This document shows, piece after piece, positions 1 to 9,076 of a stretch of DNA of 64,000 nt. A program made the position numbers and the translations under genes. The stretch comes from Candidatus Moanibacter sp. (lineage in GTDB: Bacteria > Verrucomicrobiota > Verrucomicrobiia > Opitutales > UBA2987), in contig CBDCEW010000095.1 of the NCBI GenBank assembly GCA_965215885.1, forward strand, positions 71,345 through 135,344. Reading direction: 5' to 3'. Position 1 is the first letter of the stretch; every line of letters starts with the position of its first letter. The notes beneath the pieces were generated by a model that worked only from the letters and a program-made list of their open reading frames with translations, made no database searches and was not told where the DNA came from.

Positions 1-450
1 GTAGCCGAGACCGATCACCCGGCATTTCGCCAAGAGGTAGCGACGCGGGTCCTCTTTCTTCAAGTTCGCTCCGGTGAAACCCATCGAAGTTTCCGCGTGG
101 GCCTGATAGATCGTCAGCCCTCCACGTATTTTCTCCAGCAAGTCGAAGTCGCCCGCCATCCACGCGAGGACACGCGGCTCGATCCGGGAAAGGTCGGCGA
201 TGAGGAGCTTGTGGCCTGGTCGAGCGATCAGGCAGCGGCGCGGATCGACACCGTGAAGCGGCTCTCGGTTGAAGTTCTGGAGATTGAGGCCGGCATCCCC
301 GGACCATCGACCGGTGGCAATCGCGCCGAAATACTTCAGCGAGAACGGGAGTGAGCCATCCGGTCGGCAACGGTCACGCATCGTCTCCAAGACCCGAAGC
401 ATACGATTCGATTTCCGCCAGTTTCGGATGTGTCGAATCCACGGAGAGCG
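1..450 (-). pseudogene. Phage-type family A DNA polymerase fragment (5'-truncated; continues off the left edge)
   Basis: Not in the ORF track. Manual translation (codons ending at base 1) gives ...LKYFGAIATGRWSGDAGLNLQNF...LIADLSRIEPRVLAWMAGD...RYLLAKCRVIGLGY, i.e. PolA motifs A and B. In-frame stop at 496-498, so the exonuclease part is missing. Confidence 0.85.
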
Positions 451-502
451 GCAAGACGGGGGCCAGTCTCGGTGCGGGTGGTGACTTTGGACAAGTCATC
501 GC

Positions 503-724
503 TTACCGGCGTCGAGGGTTGACGGTGCAATTCTCGTCCAGCGCGGCCCGGACCTTCTCCACGTCGAAGCGGACGAAGTGGCCGATCTTGACGTAGGGAA
601 TTTTCCGCTGGGCCTGCATCTGGCGAAGCCAGCGCAAGGACGGTCGGCTCTGTTCGTCGAAAAGGGCTTCGAGGAGCCCGTTGGCGTCAACGAGTTTCGG
701 TTGGGTGGGCAAAGGTGTTTCCAT
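503..724 (-). CDS. Excisionase/AlpA-like helix-turn-helix protein
   Basis: 73 aa; SLRWLR...KIPYVKIGHFVRFD pattern typical of MerR-like HTH excisionases. Confidence 0.7.
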   Translation of the reverse strand: METPLPTQPKLVDANGLLEALFDEQSRPSLRWLRQMQAQRKIPYVKIGHFVRFDVEKVRAALDENCTVNPRRR

Positions 725-736
725 CTTCGTAATTTA

Positions 737-937
737 TTAGAGTTTGGTGAAGTCGTCGGAGTGAATCAGGAGCCAGAAGCCGGGCCTGCCCTTCTCGGAC
801 AGGCGCAGCCGTTTCGCGTCACGGAGCGTGGTGGGCCGGAGCCCGTCACCGCCCGCGCGAGGCAAGCGGTGACAGGGCGACCCGTCGGCTTTATACCAGT
901 GCGTGGACTGGCTCTGATCTTTCTTGAGAACTGCCAT
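737..937 (-). pseudogene. N-terminus of a phage exonuclease-like protein fused to an unrelated C-terminus
   Basis: HWYKADGSPC...RPTTLRDAKRL resembles the start of phage PD-(D/E)XK exonuclease-like proteins, then switches to SEKGRPGFWLLIHSDD after about 46 aa. Confidence 0.5.
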
Positions 938-953
938 GATCAGCGAACTCCGC

Positions 954-1487
954 TTAGAATGGGCCGTTCTCCTGCGGATCGACCGCGGGATTCCATGCCT
1001 GCTGCGGCGCAGCCGGCGGAGCGGGAGCCTGAGCTTGGGCGAAGGCTTCAAGCGGGAGCACCTGCGGCTTGAGCTGGTCGATGACCGGAGAAATGCCGAC
1101 CATGTTGGCGTAGGTCTTCGTCCCCTCGCGGCTTTCCCTGTGGGCCACGGTAATCATCGCGCCCTGGCCGCGAAGTTCGCAGTAGTCCCAACCATACTTC
1201 GGCGGATGGCCGAGCCAACTGGTCAGCAATTTGAACAGGTTGCTCTTGGGCGATCCGCTGATGCGGAACTCGAAGGTCTGGACCTTGTAGGTCTGGCCGT
1301 CCTGACCGCGGAACCCGAAAAGGAAGCGCGTAACATCGAGCTTCTCGATTTCCTGCGGGTTCTCGAATTTCGGACGATCAACACCAAACTGGTCCTGAAC
1401 GTCGAGACAGGTGGCAACGAATGTGCCAGCGGGAGCGAGGGCTCCGGTGTCGAAGCCAGAGGCTTCGGGTTCTTTCATAACTGCCAT
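954..1487 (-). CDS. Phage single-stranded DNA-binding-like protein
   Basis: APAGTFVATC...KSNLFKLL core, P/A/Q-rich linker and acidic/aromatic tail (DPQENGPF); replication-module context. Confidence 0.55.
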   Translation of the reverse strand: MAVMKEPEASGFDTGALAPAGTFVATCLDVQDQFGVDRPKFENPQEIEKLDVTRFLFGFRGQDGQTYKVQTFEFRISGSPKSNLFKLLTSWLGHPPKYGWDYCELRGQGAMITVAHRESREGTKTYANMVGISPVIDQLKPQVLPLEAFAQAQAPAPPAAPQQAWNPAVDPQENGPF

Positions 1488-1621
1488 GATTATCTATTTT
1501 CATCAGGCAGACCCTACCTTGCTCGTGCTTCATGCCGTTGCTTCTCGGTGAATCTGCCTTCACCTCGAAGGCGCTACATGACGCGTAGCGAGAGCTACTT
1601 TTCGCGTAGCGGGGGATTTTT

Positions 1622-3745
1622 CTAACTATTTTTCACCGGATTGGGGCTTCGTGGACGCGTGCTCCAAGAGGTCGGAACCTCGGGCTGGTATCTTAGCACG
1701 GCCCCGAGATCTATCGCATCACGGAGATGATCGGCAAAAACGCGATCATCCTTACCGATTTCCTCGATGGTTCGGTTAACGCTGTTCCGAACACTGTCGC
1801 GAAGGTTCTTCCGCTCATCCCTGGCTTTGCGGATTCTTCCGCCCAAACCAACGGCTCGACCGATTTCCTTTTCGATCACGGCTACCTCCTCCTCAAGCTC
1901 AGTCACGCGGCCGACATCATTGTTTGTCTCGGCCTCGCGCCTTTCTTCAGGGATCTCGCCTAGCCTCTCGCGGTATTTCGCTAGCGCCTTTTTATCAACC
2001 ACGTCGCCAAGATCCCCCAACTGCGCTCTGTCGGTGATCGAAAAGCCCTCGGCGATTTCCTCGGCGTCGATCTGGCCCGCCTCAACATCTTCGCAGAAAC
2101 CGATATTCAGTTCTGCCGCCACATCATAAACGGAAAAGGAACGATCGGGTCGCCCGAGAAGGAACTGGAGATACTCACAACCTTTTCTGTGTTTCTGGAT
2201 CAAGAGCGGCTTGCCTTTGTTGAACCGAATCTGCCAGACGTTTCCGCGCTTGTAGAAAAAGTTGGGGGGCTCTTCGTCGGTGCCGACTGCCGGCAGTGAC
2301 GTAACGAATCCGGACTCGTAGACGATCCGGAGAAGTGAATCACCCGGGAGCTTGCGTGTTCGGATGTCGCCGGCGTGTCTGGCGAGCAGAATGTCGACTG
2401 CTTTACGGACCTCCCGAGCATGGCGCTTGTGTAGTTCAAAAAGCCGCTCGGCACTGCCTTGACGGTCGCCCGGCAAACAAGCCACTGCACGAAGCAACTC
2501 AGGATACTTGTCGATGAATTGAACGACGGAATCGACCTGCTCAATCTCATGGGCTCGTTCAAGATACGCAGCCGATAAAATCTTGTCGTCGTCCTTGGGC
2601 CGCTCACCGAGGAATATGTCATGCTTATAGTGGGTAGCCGGATCGTATTCTTCTGCATCCGCTGCGACAATCGCTATGCGCCTATCGATGCATTGTGAAC
2701 AAGTGCCGCAATGAGTTAGTTCCAGCCTTCGCACCCTCACGTGGGTGCAACTCACCGAGGTTGTGATTACTTCGGGAATCCCGGCCTCAACTATCAACCT
2801 GATGACATCCGCTTTCGTTTTCCAGAGGAAGGGATTCTCAACGGTGAACTGCTCGTCTGAGAGCAGCGTGAAAAGTTCCTGAAACCCCTCAATAACGCGG
2901 GGGTGCGTCGTTCGGGTGGCACGGCTCCCGATCACCTGAGCGCAGATTGGCAGATTCAGGCTGACGACTCCGTTCTCGTAAAAGCGAATACTGTTCAGGC
3001 CAAGCATCTTGGCAATGGTTGCACCGAAGCAGGCAAAAAGGAAAGAGCGGGTTCTCTGGGTATACTCTCGGGCGCGAGAGTTTCTCTTGCTTGCCCGGAC
3101 ACCGAGATGAATCGGTGCGAGACGGTCGCCAGCCTCTTGACTCAAGGCATCGTGCAACTTCCGCAAAATTGTGTTGTTCTTGGTCGTTGGCTTGTGCGTT
3201 ACCAAAACGACCTTGCGGCGCTGGCGAATCACCTCATCGACGGCTCCACCAAGTGAATCGAGACCACCGGAAAACAGGATGACCTGTTCCGGTGGCGCGG
3301 AATTTTGTGGGTTTTCATCAAATTTGAGGTAAGTCTGAAAAGCAGGCGGATTCGCCGCTTGAACGAATTTGAAGGTGAACCGGTCGTCGGACAGGAAGCC
3401 GAGTAAACCGGAAAGACACTCGATGACTTCCGGCCTTTTCCAGACCTTCAGTTCGCGCACTGGAACGTGGAATGTGAAGTTGCGCCGCCAAGCGCCTCCG
3501 AAGCTGTCAACGTCTTGGTTGGTGCGCCTGATCAGTTGGTCGGCGCAGTAAACGTAGACGGCGATTTCAACCAGGTCATGGAGCTGGCTCGGGATTTTTC
3601 GAAGTAAACGTTCGTCGATGTCCTCGATGCGCAGAACAACATTCTCGTCTTCATCACCGCCCCAGAGATTGAGGTTGATTTCTTTATCGGGGCCGTTGCC
3701 TGGCTTGGTCTTTTCACCGCAGTAAATGGAAAAGTCACGATGCAT
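1622..3745 (-). CDS. QueC-like (QatC/Cap9-type) PP-loop ATPase with C-terminal regulator-like domain
   Basis: FSGGLDS PP-loop, QRTRSFLF, ENG, TRTTHP, NPF..KTK and SC...HCGTCSQC zinc site; about 210 extra C-terminal residues. Confidence 0.85.
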   Translation of the reverse strand: MHRDFSIYCGEKTKPGNGPDKEINLNLWGGDEDENVVLRIEDIDERLLRKIPSQLHDLVEIAVYVYCADQLIRRTNQDVDSFGGAWRRNFTFHVPVRELKVWKRPEVIECLSGLLGFLSDDRFTFKFVQAANPPAFQTYLKFDENPQNSAPPEQVILFSGGLDSLGGAVDEVIRQRRKVVLVTHKPTTKNNTILRKLHDALSQEAGDRLAPIHLGVRASKRNSRAREYTQRTRSFLFACFGATIAKMLGLNSIRFYENGVVSLNLPICAQVIGSRATRTTHPRVIEGFQELFTLLSDEQFTVENPFLWKTKADVIRLIVEAGIPEVITTSVSCTHVRVRRLELTHCGTCSQCIDRRIAIVAADAEEYDPATHYKHDIFLGERPKDDDKILSAAYLERAHEIEQVDSVVQFIDKYPELLRAVACLPGDRQGSAERLFELHKRHAREVRKAVDILLARHAGDIRTRKLPGDSLLRIVYESGFVTSLPAVGTDEEPPNFFYKRGNVWQIRFNKGKPLLIQKHRKGCEYLQFLLGRPDRSFSVYDVAAELNIGFCEDVEAGQIDAEEIAEGFSITDRAQLGDLGDVVDKKALAKYRERLGEIPEERREAETNNDVGRVTELEEEVAVIEKEIGRAVGLGGRIRKARDERKNLRDSVRNSVNRTIEEIGKDDRVFADHLRDAIDLGAVLRYQPEVPTSWSTRPRSPNPVKNS

Positions 3746-4523
3746 CAGGCTCAGCTCTTTTCTTCATTTCGGAGCGCATTTTCTCCATTGCAACCCGACC
3801 GAAGTCCTTCGATTTCTGTTTCGAGATGTGTCCGTTGTTCTCGTAGTGAATCTTGGAAAACCAATCAGCGCTGAAACGTTGAACGATCTTGGACGCCTCG
3901 CGGCAATGCGTCTCCAAGGCTTTCTTGAACTGAGCAACCTGGTTCATTGTGGCGAACCGCTGGCCTTCTCCGATCTGAGTGCCGATGGTTTTGGATAGGA
4001 AGTAGTCGAGAGACCTGTTGGTCAGGTTGCTGAAGAAGGAACGCGACAACCGACCGAAGGCCGCAGGTTTTCCCAGATCGGCCAAGGCTGTCTCTAACTC
4101 ATGTGCGGATAGCGTAAGCAGCGTGCCGTAACGGTCGTTCAGTTGTTCGATCACAGCAGAGACAAGCGCATTCTGCGCCAGCTCTCCAAAATCCGAGCTT
4201 TTCCCCTCAGCTGATACACCCTTGTCGAGCGCTGATACGATAGCGAGCGCAACATCGGTGAGTGTGGTATGGTCGGAGAGCTTGATTCCGAGCGCCTCAA
4301 AATGAGCGACTGGATCGTCAGACCTGGCAGCTACCGCTAACTGAGTCATTAGGTCAACGGACTCCGCGAAACCACGGTCATTCTGGATTACCGCGAACGC
4401 CTTGTCGGCGGCCTGCATCGTTGCACCGGCCACCTTAGACACATCCGCACCGTCAGCGATGTAGCGGACGATTTCTTTCCACGCCCGAGTCTGCGGGAGC
4501 GTTCCTAGTCTTACGTGGCCCAT
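3735..4523 (-). CDS. Helical hypothetical protein, coupled partner of the QueC-like enzyme (N-terminus MGHVRLGTLP)
   Basis: 262 aa clean ORF; stop overlaps the QueC-like start by 11 nt. Confidence 0.75.
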   Translation of the reverse strand: MGHVRLGTLPQTRAWKEIVRYIADGADVSKVAGATMQAADKAFAVIQNDRGFAESVDLMTQLAVAARSDDPVAHFEALGIKLSDHTTLTDVALAIVSALDKGVSAEGKSSDFGELAQNALVSAVIEQLNDRYGTLLTLSAHELETALADLGKPAAFGRLSRSFFSNLTNRSLDYFLSKTIGTQIGEGQRFATMNQVAQFKKALETHCREASKIVQRFSADWFSKIHYENNGHISKQKSKDFGRVAMEKMRSEMKKRAEPDAS

Positions 4524-4596
4524 GAATGGTGATGCGGGCGCTCTGTCCCTCCATAAACATCAAACTTCCGCTTGAAGCCTTGTCAAAGCGTTTAAC

Positions 4597-4878
4597 TTGC
4601 TTAGAGGCGTTATGATGATGAACTTCGGGGATGTCGGTCGGATGCTTTTTGAGCGGCAAGAGTTCAGTGGGAGGTGTGTCACCCGCTACCTCGAAGTGAA
4701 GTCGATGTCGGTTGCCTTCGAGAACGACGTCGAGTTCGTCCTCAAGGAAGCGAAACTGAACTACGAGAAGCATTTCCGCGTCGATCCATTCATCTGTGAC
4801 TTCATCCTGACGTTAGACCGACGACGCTTCGCCATTGACTGCAAATATAACGTCAACCGCGACTGTAACCGCACCTAA
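4597..4878 (+). CDS. Short PD-(D/E)XK nuclease-like ORF, probably a fragment
   Basis: CDF...FAIDCKY motif; only 93 aa. Confidence 0.35.
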   Translation: MLRGVMMMNFGDVGRMLFERQEFSGRCVTRYLEVKSMSVAFENDVEFVLKEAKLNYEKHFRVDPFICDFILTLDRRRFAIDCKYNVNRDCNRT

Positions 4879-5055
4879 GTGGCTGTGAAGCTCCTGCGGG
4901 AGAAGGGAGCAACCTTTCAGGCGCATCAATCGAACTGAGCAACAAGAGGTCTCCCATCTCCGGAACCTGGTCGCGAAAGAGACGCGCGAGGGCAGGCCCG
5001 GAATCTGGCTGTCACAGAGCCCAAGGTATGCCGTCAATGCGGCCTCGCTCCCCAG

Positions 5056-6927
5056 CGGCCTGACAAGATCGAGCAGGAAAAGGGCCTCAAGCGGTGGGCG
5101 CGATCAAGCTTCTGGCTGGATGACCGCTACACGACCAACGCCGAAGAAAAGCTGCCGGAAACATGGGTACCGGGAAATCGGCCAAACCTTAACCAGATGC
5201 ACGCGAAAGCGGCTGCGGAGATCGACAGGGACGTTGTGAAGGCACCTCTGATCGACGAAATCGGCAGAGCAAAGGAATTGACCCGTGGCGCATCGACAAG
5301 CGGAGTGCGGACCCACACCCTGCCATACAAGCCGAAGGACGTGGAGGATGACGGCGAGTTTCACTATGTCATCCTCGGCCCAGACGCGGCCTCCGAATCG
5401 GGCAAGCCAAGCCCGGAGGCAACACGCTTCCTCAACGAAACAACGAGCTCGGAGAAACCTCGTGTCTTCCGCAATGCCGTGATCCTGCTGACTCCAACCA
5501 AAGACGGTGTCGAGCTCGCCAGGAATGCGATCCGCGACTACCTCGCTTGGGAGCAGGTCCGCACTGAACTCAAGGATGAGGAAGACGGTGGCCAGGTCGA
5601 TGTGGCGCGGATGCAGACGCTGCTAATTCGGGTGAGAGAATCGCAGGGCAAAATCGCCAACGCGATCTATCAGGCCTACAGCACGGTTGTCACCGTAACC
5701 GAGAAGAACGAAATTCAGGCGTTCAGGATTTCCATCAGCGACGATCCCCATTTCCAGATCGTCAAGAACGACCAACGCTCACGCATCAAGGACAGTGCCA
5801 TCAACGCGGAGTCACTGTTGCCGGGCGGCCCCTACGACTTGTGGACCGATGGCCAGACGGCGAAACGCGTCAAGGATCTCACGGGCGCATTCGCGCAATT
5901 GCCGCGTCTCCCGAAGATGCTCAAGGCAGAGACGATTCTCGATACGCTGGTCGACGGATGCCGGCAGGGAGCATTCGTCTTGAAACTGACCCGCCCCGAC
6001 GGGTCGAAGCGGACATGGTGGTTGAGCGAACCGGATGAAAACGCGCGGAAGGACGCGGCCCTGGATCTCGTTCTTCCCGAGTCGGTGGATTTGGCGGAAA
6101 TCGACCCAGCCTTGGTCGCCAAAGACGGCTTGGCCGGACTCTGGACAAGCGACGAGATCACCGTCCAGGACGCGCTCGCCTACTTCGAGGGAGGCAAAGT
6201 CGTCCAGATGAAGAAGGGCGACTATGAAGAGCCAATGATGATCCCAAAGGCCGGGAAAGCGGTCGTCCAGGAGGCGGTGAAACAGGCCGTGCAAAAGGGC
6301 AAGGTCTGGCTGGTTTCCGGGCCGACGAGCATTTATGGTGAGGAGGTTGCTCCGGGTATTCTCACGGCTGGTGCAGTGCTGTTGCCGCCACCTGAACCAG
6401 TAAGCGTCACCGAGATTCTACCCGAAGTGATTCCTGACGTATGGACGAATGTAGAGACGACCGCCCTCGCGATTGCGACCGCGCTCTCGCAAAAGGCTGG
6501 CAAGACGCTCCCGTGGAAGACCGTGGCCGATGTGATCAACCAAGCAATCAACAATCGCTACCTGATACTGTCGGAAGACTCCGGCCAGTGGCCCTGCGAC
6601 TTCTCGGGCGCTGGCAAGGTTGCATTAGAAGAGGCCAAGCAGGAGCCCATTAAGCCAGATGAAGTCCATGAAGGATCTTCAGGGCGAATCGCTGCCGTGT
6701 CGGTAACGTGTGAAGAAGCCCAAGCCCTTCTCGACGCCTTGGCCTATGAGGCCATCCCAGCTCTGCTGGAGATCAAAGCGAAAACGAGAATCGGGGTGAA
6801 GGTGACCGTTGGAATCGAACACGACCCGGAAACGAGCGAGATGACCGAGGAGGCTGCCGGAGAGATCGGAGACGCCGCAAAGTCGGCGTCCGATGATTTC
6901 AGGATTCTCTTCGAACAGAAAAACTAA
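5056..6927 (+). pseudogene. DUF499-family AAA+ protein, C-terminal part only
   Basis: Frame open from RPDKIE..GLKRW..WLDD..RPNLNQMH through DVEDDGEFHY, PRVFRNA, GGPYDLW, FAQLPRLPKML; no Walker A region. Confidence 0.7.
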
Positions 6928-7081
6928 GACCCCTTGGCCCCCTCCGATTTGCAACAGATTTGCCAATTTGTTTTCAAAAAGCTGCATTTAGCGTCACTTT
7001 GTAGCAGCGTTCGATTTTCACAAGTTGCTCATTAGTAACAATAAATGAAAATAGGTGCGACATTAGGAAATCTAAAATCGA

Positions 7082-7102
7082 GTTCGACTCCCGCCACCTC
7101 CA
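7082..7102 (+). mobile_element. att site: duplicated 3' end of tmRNA (ssrA) marking the right end of an integrated element
   Basis: GTTCGACTCCCGCCACCTCCA is a T-loop, 3' T-stem and acceptor strand CACCTCC-A that would pair with GGGGGUG via G3-U; no 5' half upstream. Confidence 0.75.
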
Positions 7103-7137
7103 GGCTTCGACACTCGCTGCGCTCCTGTCGAAGCCTG
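7101..7137. repeat. Perfect 12-bp stem hairpin directly after the att site
   Basis: CAGGCTTCGACA (7101-7112) pairs with TGTCGAAGCCTG (7126-7137). Confidence 0.8.
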
Positions 7138-7220
7138 TCACGGCGTAGAGCGCGCAGCGCCCGAAGCCGGACCGAATCAAAATGAAGAAATCGAGCGCTC
7201 CCACTACGCCCTGGCAAGCC

Positions 7221-7475
7221 ATGAAAACAGAAAAGTTTCATTACGTTTATATTCTCGTTTCCGAACAGAACCACCGACAGCATTACACCGGAATCACGGA
7301 CGACTTGAAAACCCGCCTGCAGAAACACAATGAAGGTGGAACTCCACACACCGAGAAGTATCGACCATGGAAGATCGAGACAGCAATCGCCTTCACATCC
7401 CGTTCTAAAGCAGTTGCTTTTGAAAAACATCTAAAGACCCACTCCGGCCGATCTTTCGCCCGAAGGCATTTCTAA
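7221..7475 (+). CDS. Small GIY-YIG nuclease family protein
   Basis: YVYIL...YTGITDDLKTRLQKHN...AVAFEKHLKTHSGRSF. Confidence 0.85.
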   Translation: MKTEKFHYVYILVSEQNHRQHYTGITDDLKTRLQKHNEGGTPHTEKYRPWKIETAIAFTSRSKAVAFEKHLKTHSGRSFARRHF

Positions 7476-7504
7476 TCCTCCCCAGTCCCTGGCGCCTCAT
7501 CTGG

Positions 7505-7595
7505 TATGCCGCCTTCTTAGAAAAAGCACCGGCCTGGAGATTCGAAAGACTACTTGAAGATCGGTTCAGGCTGGCACTTTCAAAACCGCCAAATC
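7505..7595 (+). pseudogene. GIY-YIG C-terminal remnant
   Basis: YAAFLEKAPAWRFE / frameshift / DYLKIGSGWHF. Confidence 0.55.
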
Positions 7596-7735
7596 TGTCT
7601 CGACAGTTGAGTCCATAACGCCGGAAAGATAGCCAGAATCAGCCCAGCACCCGCCCGGACATTTCACATACATCGTGGCGAGGTAAAATGATGATCAATG
7701 TTGATAACGGCATTGCTGCAATACAGTATTGCACC

Positions 7736-7987
7736 ATGGCAGTAGTAATACCTATGAGCAAACGAGGCACTGTAACTTTGCCTCCTGACCTTCGGCGGCG
7801 TCTTGGTCTGGATCGTCTCGAAAACCCGATGCTTCTGGCCGAAGAACGGGACGGGAAACTGGTTCTTGAACCAGCAACGGCTGTACCAGTGCGTGACATC
7901 CCGGAATCGACAATCCGGCAGTGGATCGGCGAGGACGAAGCGGCGATGAGCGCGTTCTCCAGGCCACGGAAGCGGAAAAAGAAGTGA
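7736..7987 (+). CDS. AbrB/MazE-family antitoxin
   Basis: MSKRGTVTLPPDLRRRLGL...DGKLVLEP. Confidence 0.8.
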   Translation: MAVVIPMSKRGTVTLPPDLRRRLGLDRLENPMLLAEERDGKLVLEPATAVPVRDIPESTIRQWIGEDEAAMSAFSRPRKRKKK

Positions 7988-8058
7988 GGGTGTTTCTCGA
8001 CGCCAGCGTCTTGCTGTCGGCATCGCTTCTGAGTGCGCCGGTTAAAGCGGGTGGTTAG
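7984..8058 (+). pseudogene. Truncated PIN toxin
   Basis: GTG overlaps the antitoxin stop; MRVFLDASVLLSA is the first PIN strand; stop after 24 codons. Confidence 0.65.
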
Positions 8059-8102
8059 CTCATTTCTTGATTTTCCGCTCGATTAATGCCATAATTATAT
8101 AA

Positions 8103-8309
8103 ATGAAGACAGAAGTAATTGCTTCGAATCCGGAAGTTCTCGGAGTTATACCGGTGTTCCGAGGAACTCGTGTCCCGGTCAAGAATCTGATCGATTACCT
8201 TGAAGGGGGACACGACATTCAGGAATTTCTGGACGATTTTCCATCGGTCCAGAAACAGCAGGTGATTGAGGCTCTCGAAGCTGCAAAGAGTGAGCTTCTG
8301 ACTACTTGA
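8103..8309 (+). CDS. DUF433 antitoxin-like protein
   Basis: PVFRGTRVPVKNLIDYLEGG...FLDDFPSV. Confidence 0.85.
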   Translation: MKTEVIASNPEVLGVIPVFRGTRVPVKNLIDYLEGGHDIQEFLDDFPSVQKQQVIEALEAAKSELLTT

Positions 8310-8398
8310 AGGTAACCTGTCAACATTCCGTGAGACACAGGCAAACATTGTCATCCTTGCGCATATTGAACCTGTGCCCGGAAAGGTTTATCGCAGTC

Positions 8399-8668
8399 TA
8401 GACAAACCGGGAAAGAGCAGCGATTTCAGAAACGGATAAAAGGACGGCAACGGATTTTTCTGAGAGGTGCCGATAACAGCTAATTTATCATGGGGCCGAA
8501 TTGCGCGGAAGTGAAAATCGCAAGTCTTATCCGTTAGACAAACCGGGAAAGAGCAGCGATTTCAGAAACGGATAAAAGGACGGCAACGGATTTTTCTGAG
8601 AGGTGCCGATAACAGCTAATTTATCATGGGGCCGAATCCGGAAGTGAAAATCGCAAGTCTTATCCGTT
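8399..8668. repeat. Tandem duplication of about 135 bp (2 copies)
   Basis: TAGACAAACCGGG...TCTTATCCGT at 8399 and 8535; copies differ at GAATTGCGCGG vs GAATCCGG. Confidence 0.9.
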
Positions 8669-9076
8669 GCCGTGCTTTAATCCGTTGCCAGAATCCTCCC
8701 GTAAAATTGTACCAAATGATTCTGACTTCCTCTCCCCTCTTTGTCCCGGCTACAGGGCACGCTCATCGATCACCCTTATGCAGTCCGTTGCCCGTGGTCG
8801 GTTGGGCGGGTATATTACCTGTCCCTAATTTGCCTCCCTTTCGCGCTTTTTCGCGTGGTTAGCGGGCAATTCCCTTCCTTGGTGTCCCTCATGCACACCG
8901 ATCACAGTACCTGATTTGCAGGGGAAGCCGCATCCTGGACAGCACGATTCAAACGATCTACTTCGGTGGATGGATTTGGTCGATATACTGTTGCCGCTAC
9001 TTCGCATCCACTTCCTCCTCTCCGAGTAAACCAGCGGGGATAAAGGGCACCGCGCCATCCGCGGTCTCGCCGCAGC

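Noticed and set aside
1622..3745. Housekeeping queC or a complete qatABCD system
   Set aside because: About three times the length of QueC, no queuosine genes nearby, and no QatA ATPase or TatD-like gene adjacent.
7030..7105. Complete tRNA or tmRNA gene
   Set aside because: Only the 3' 21 nt are present; the upstream sequence cannot form the stems.
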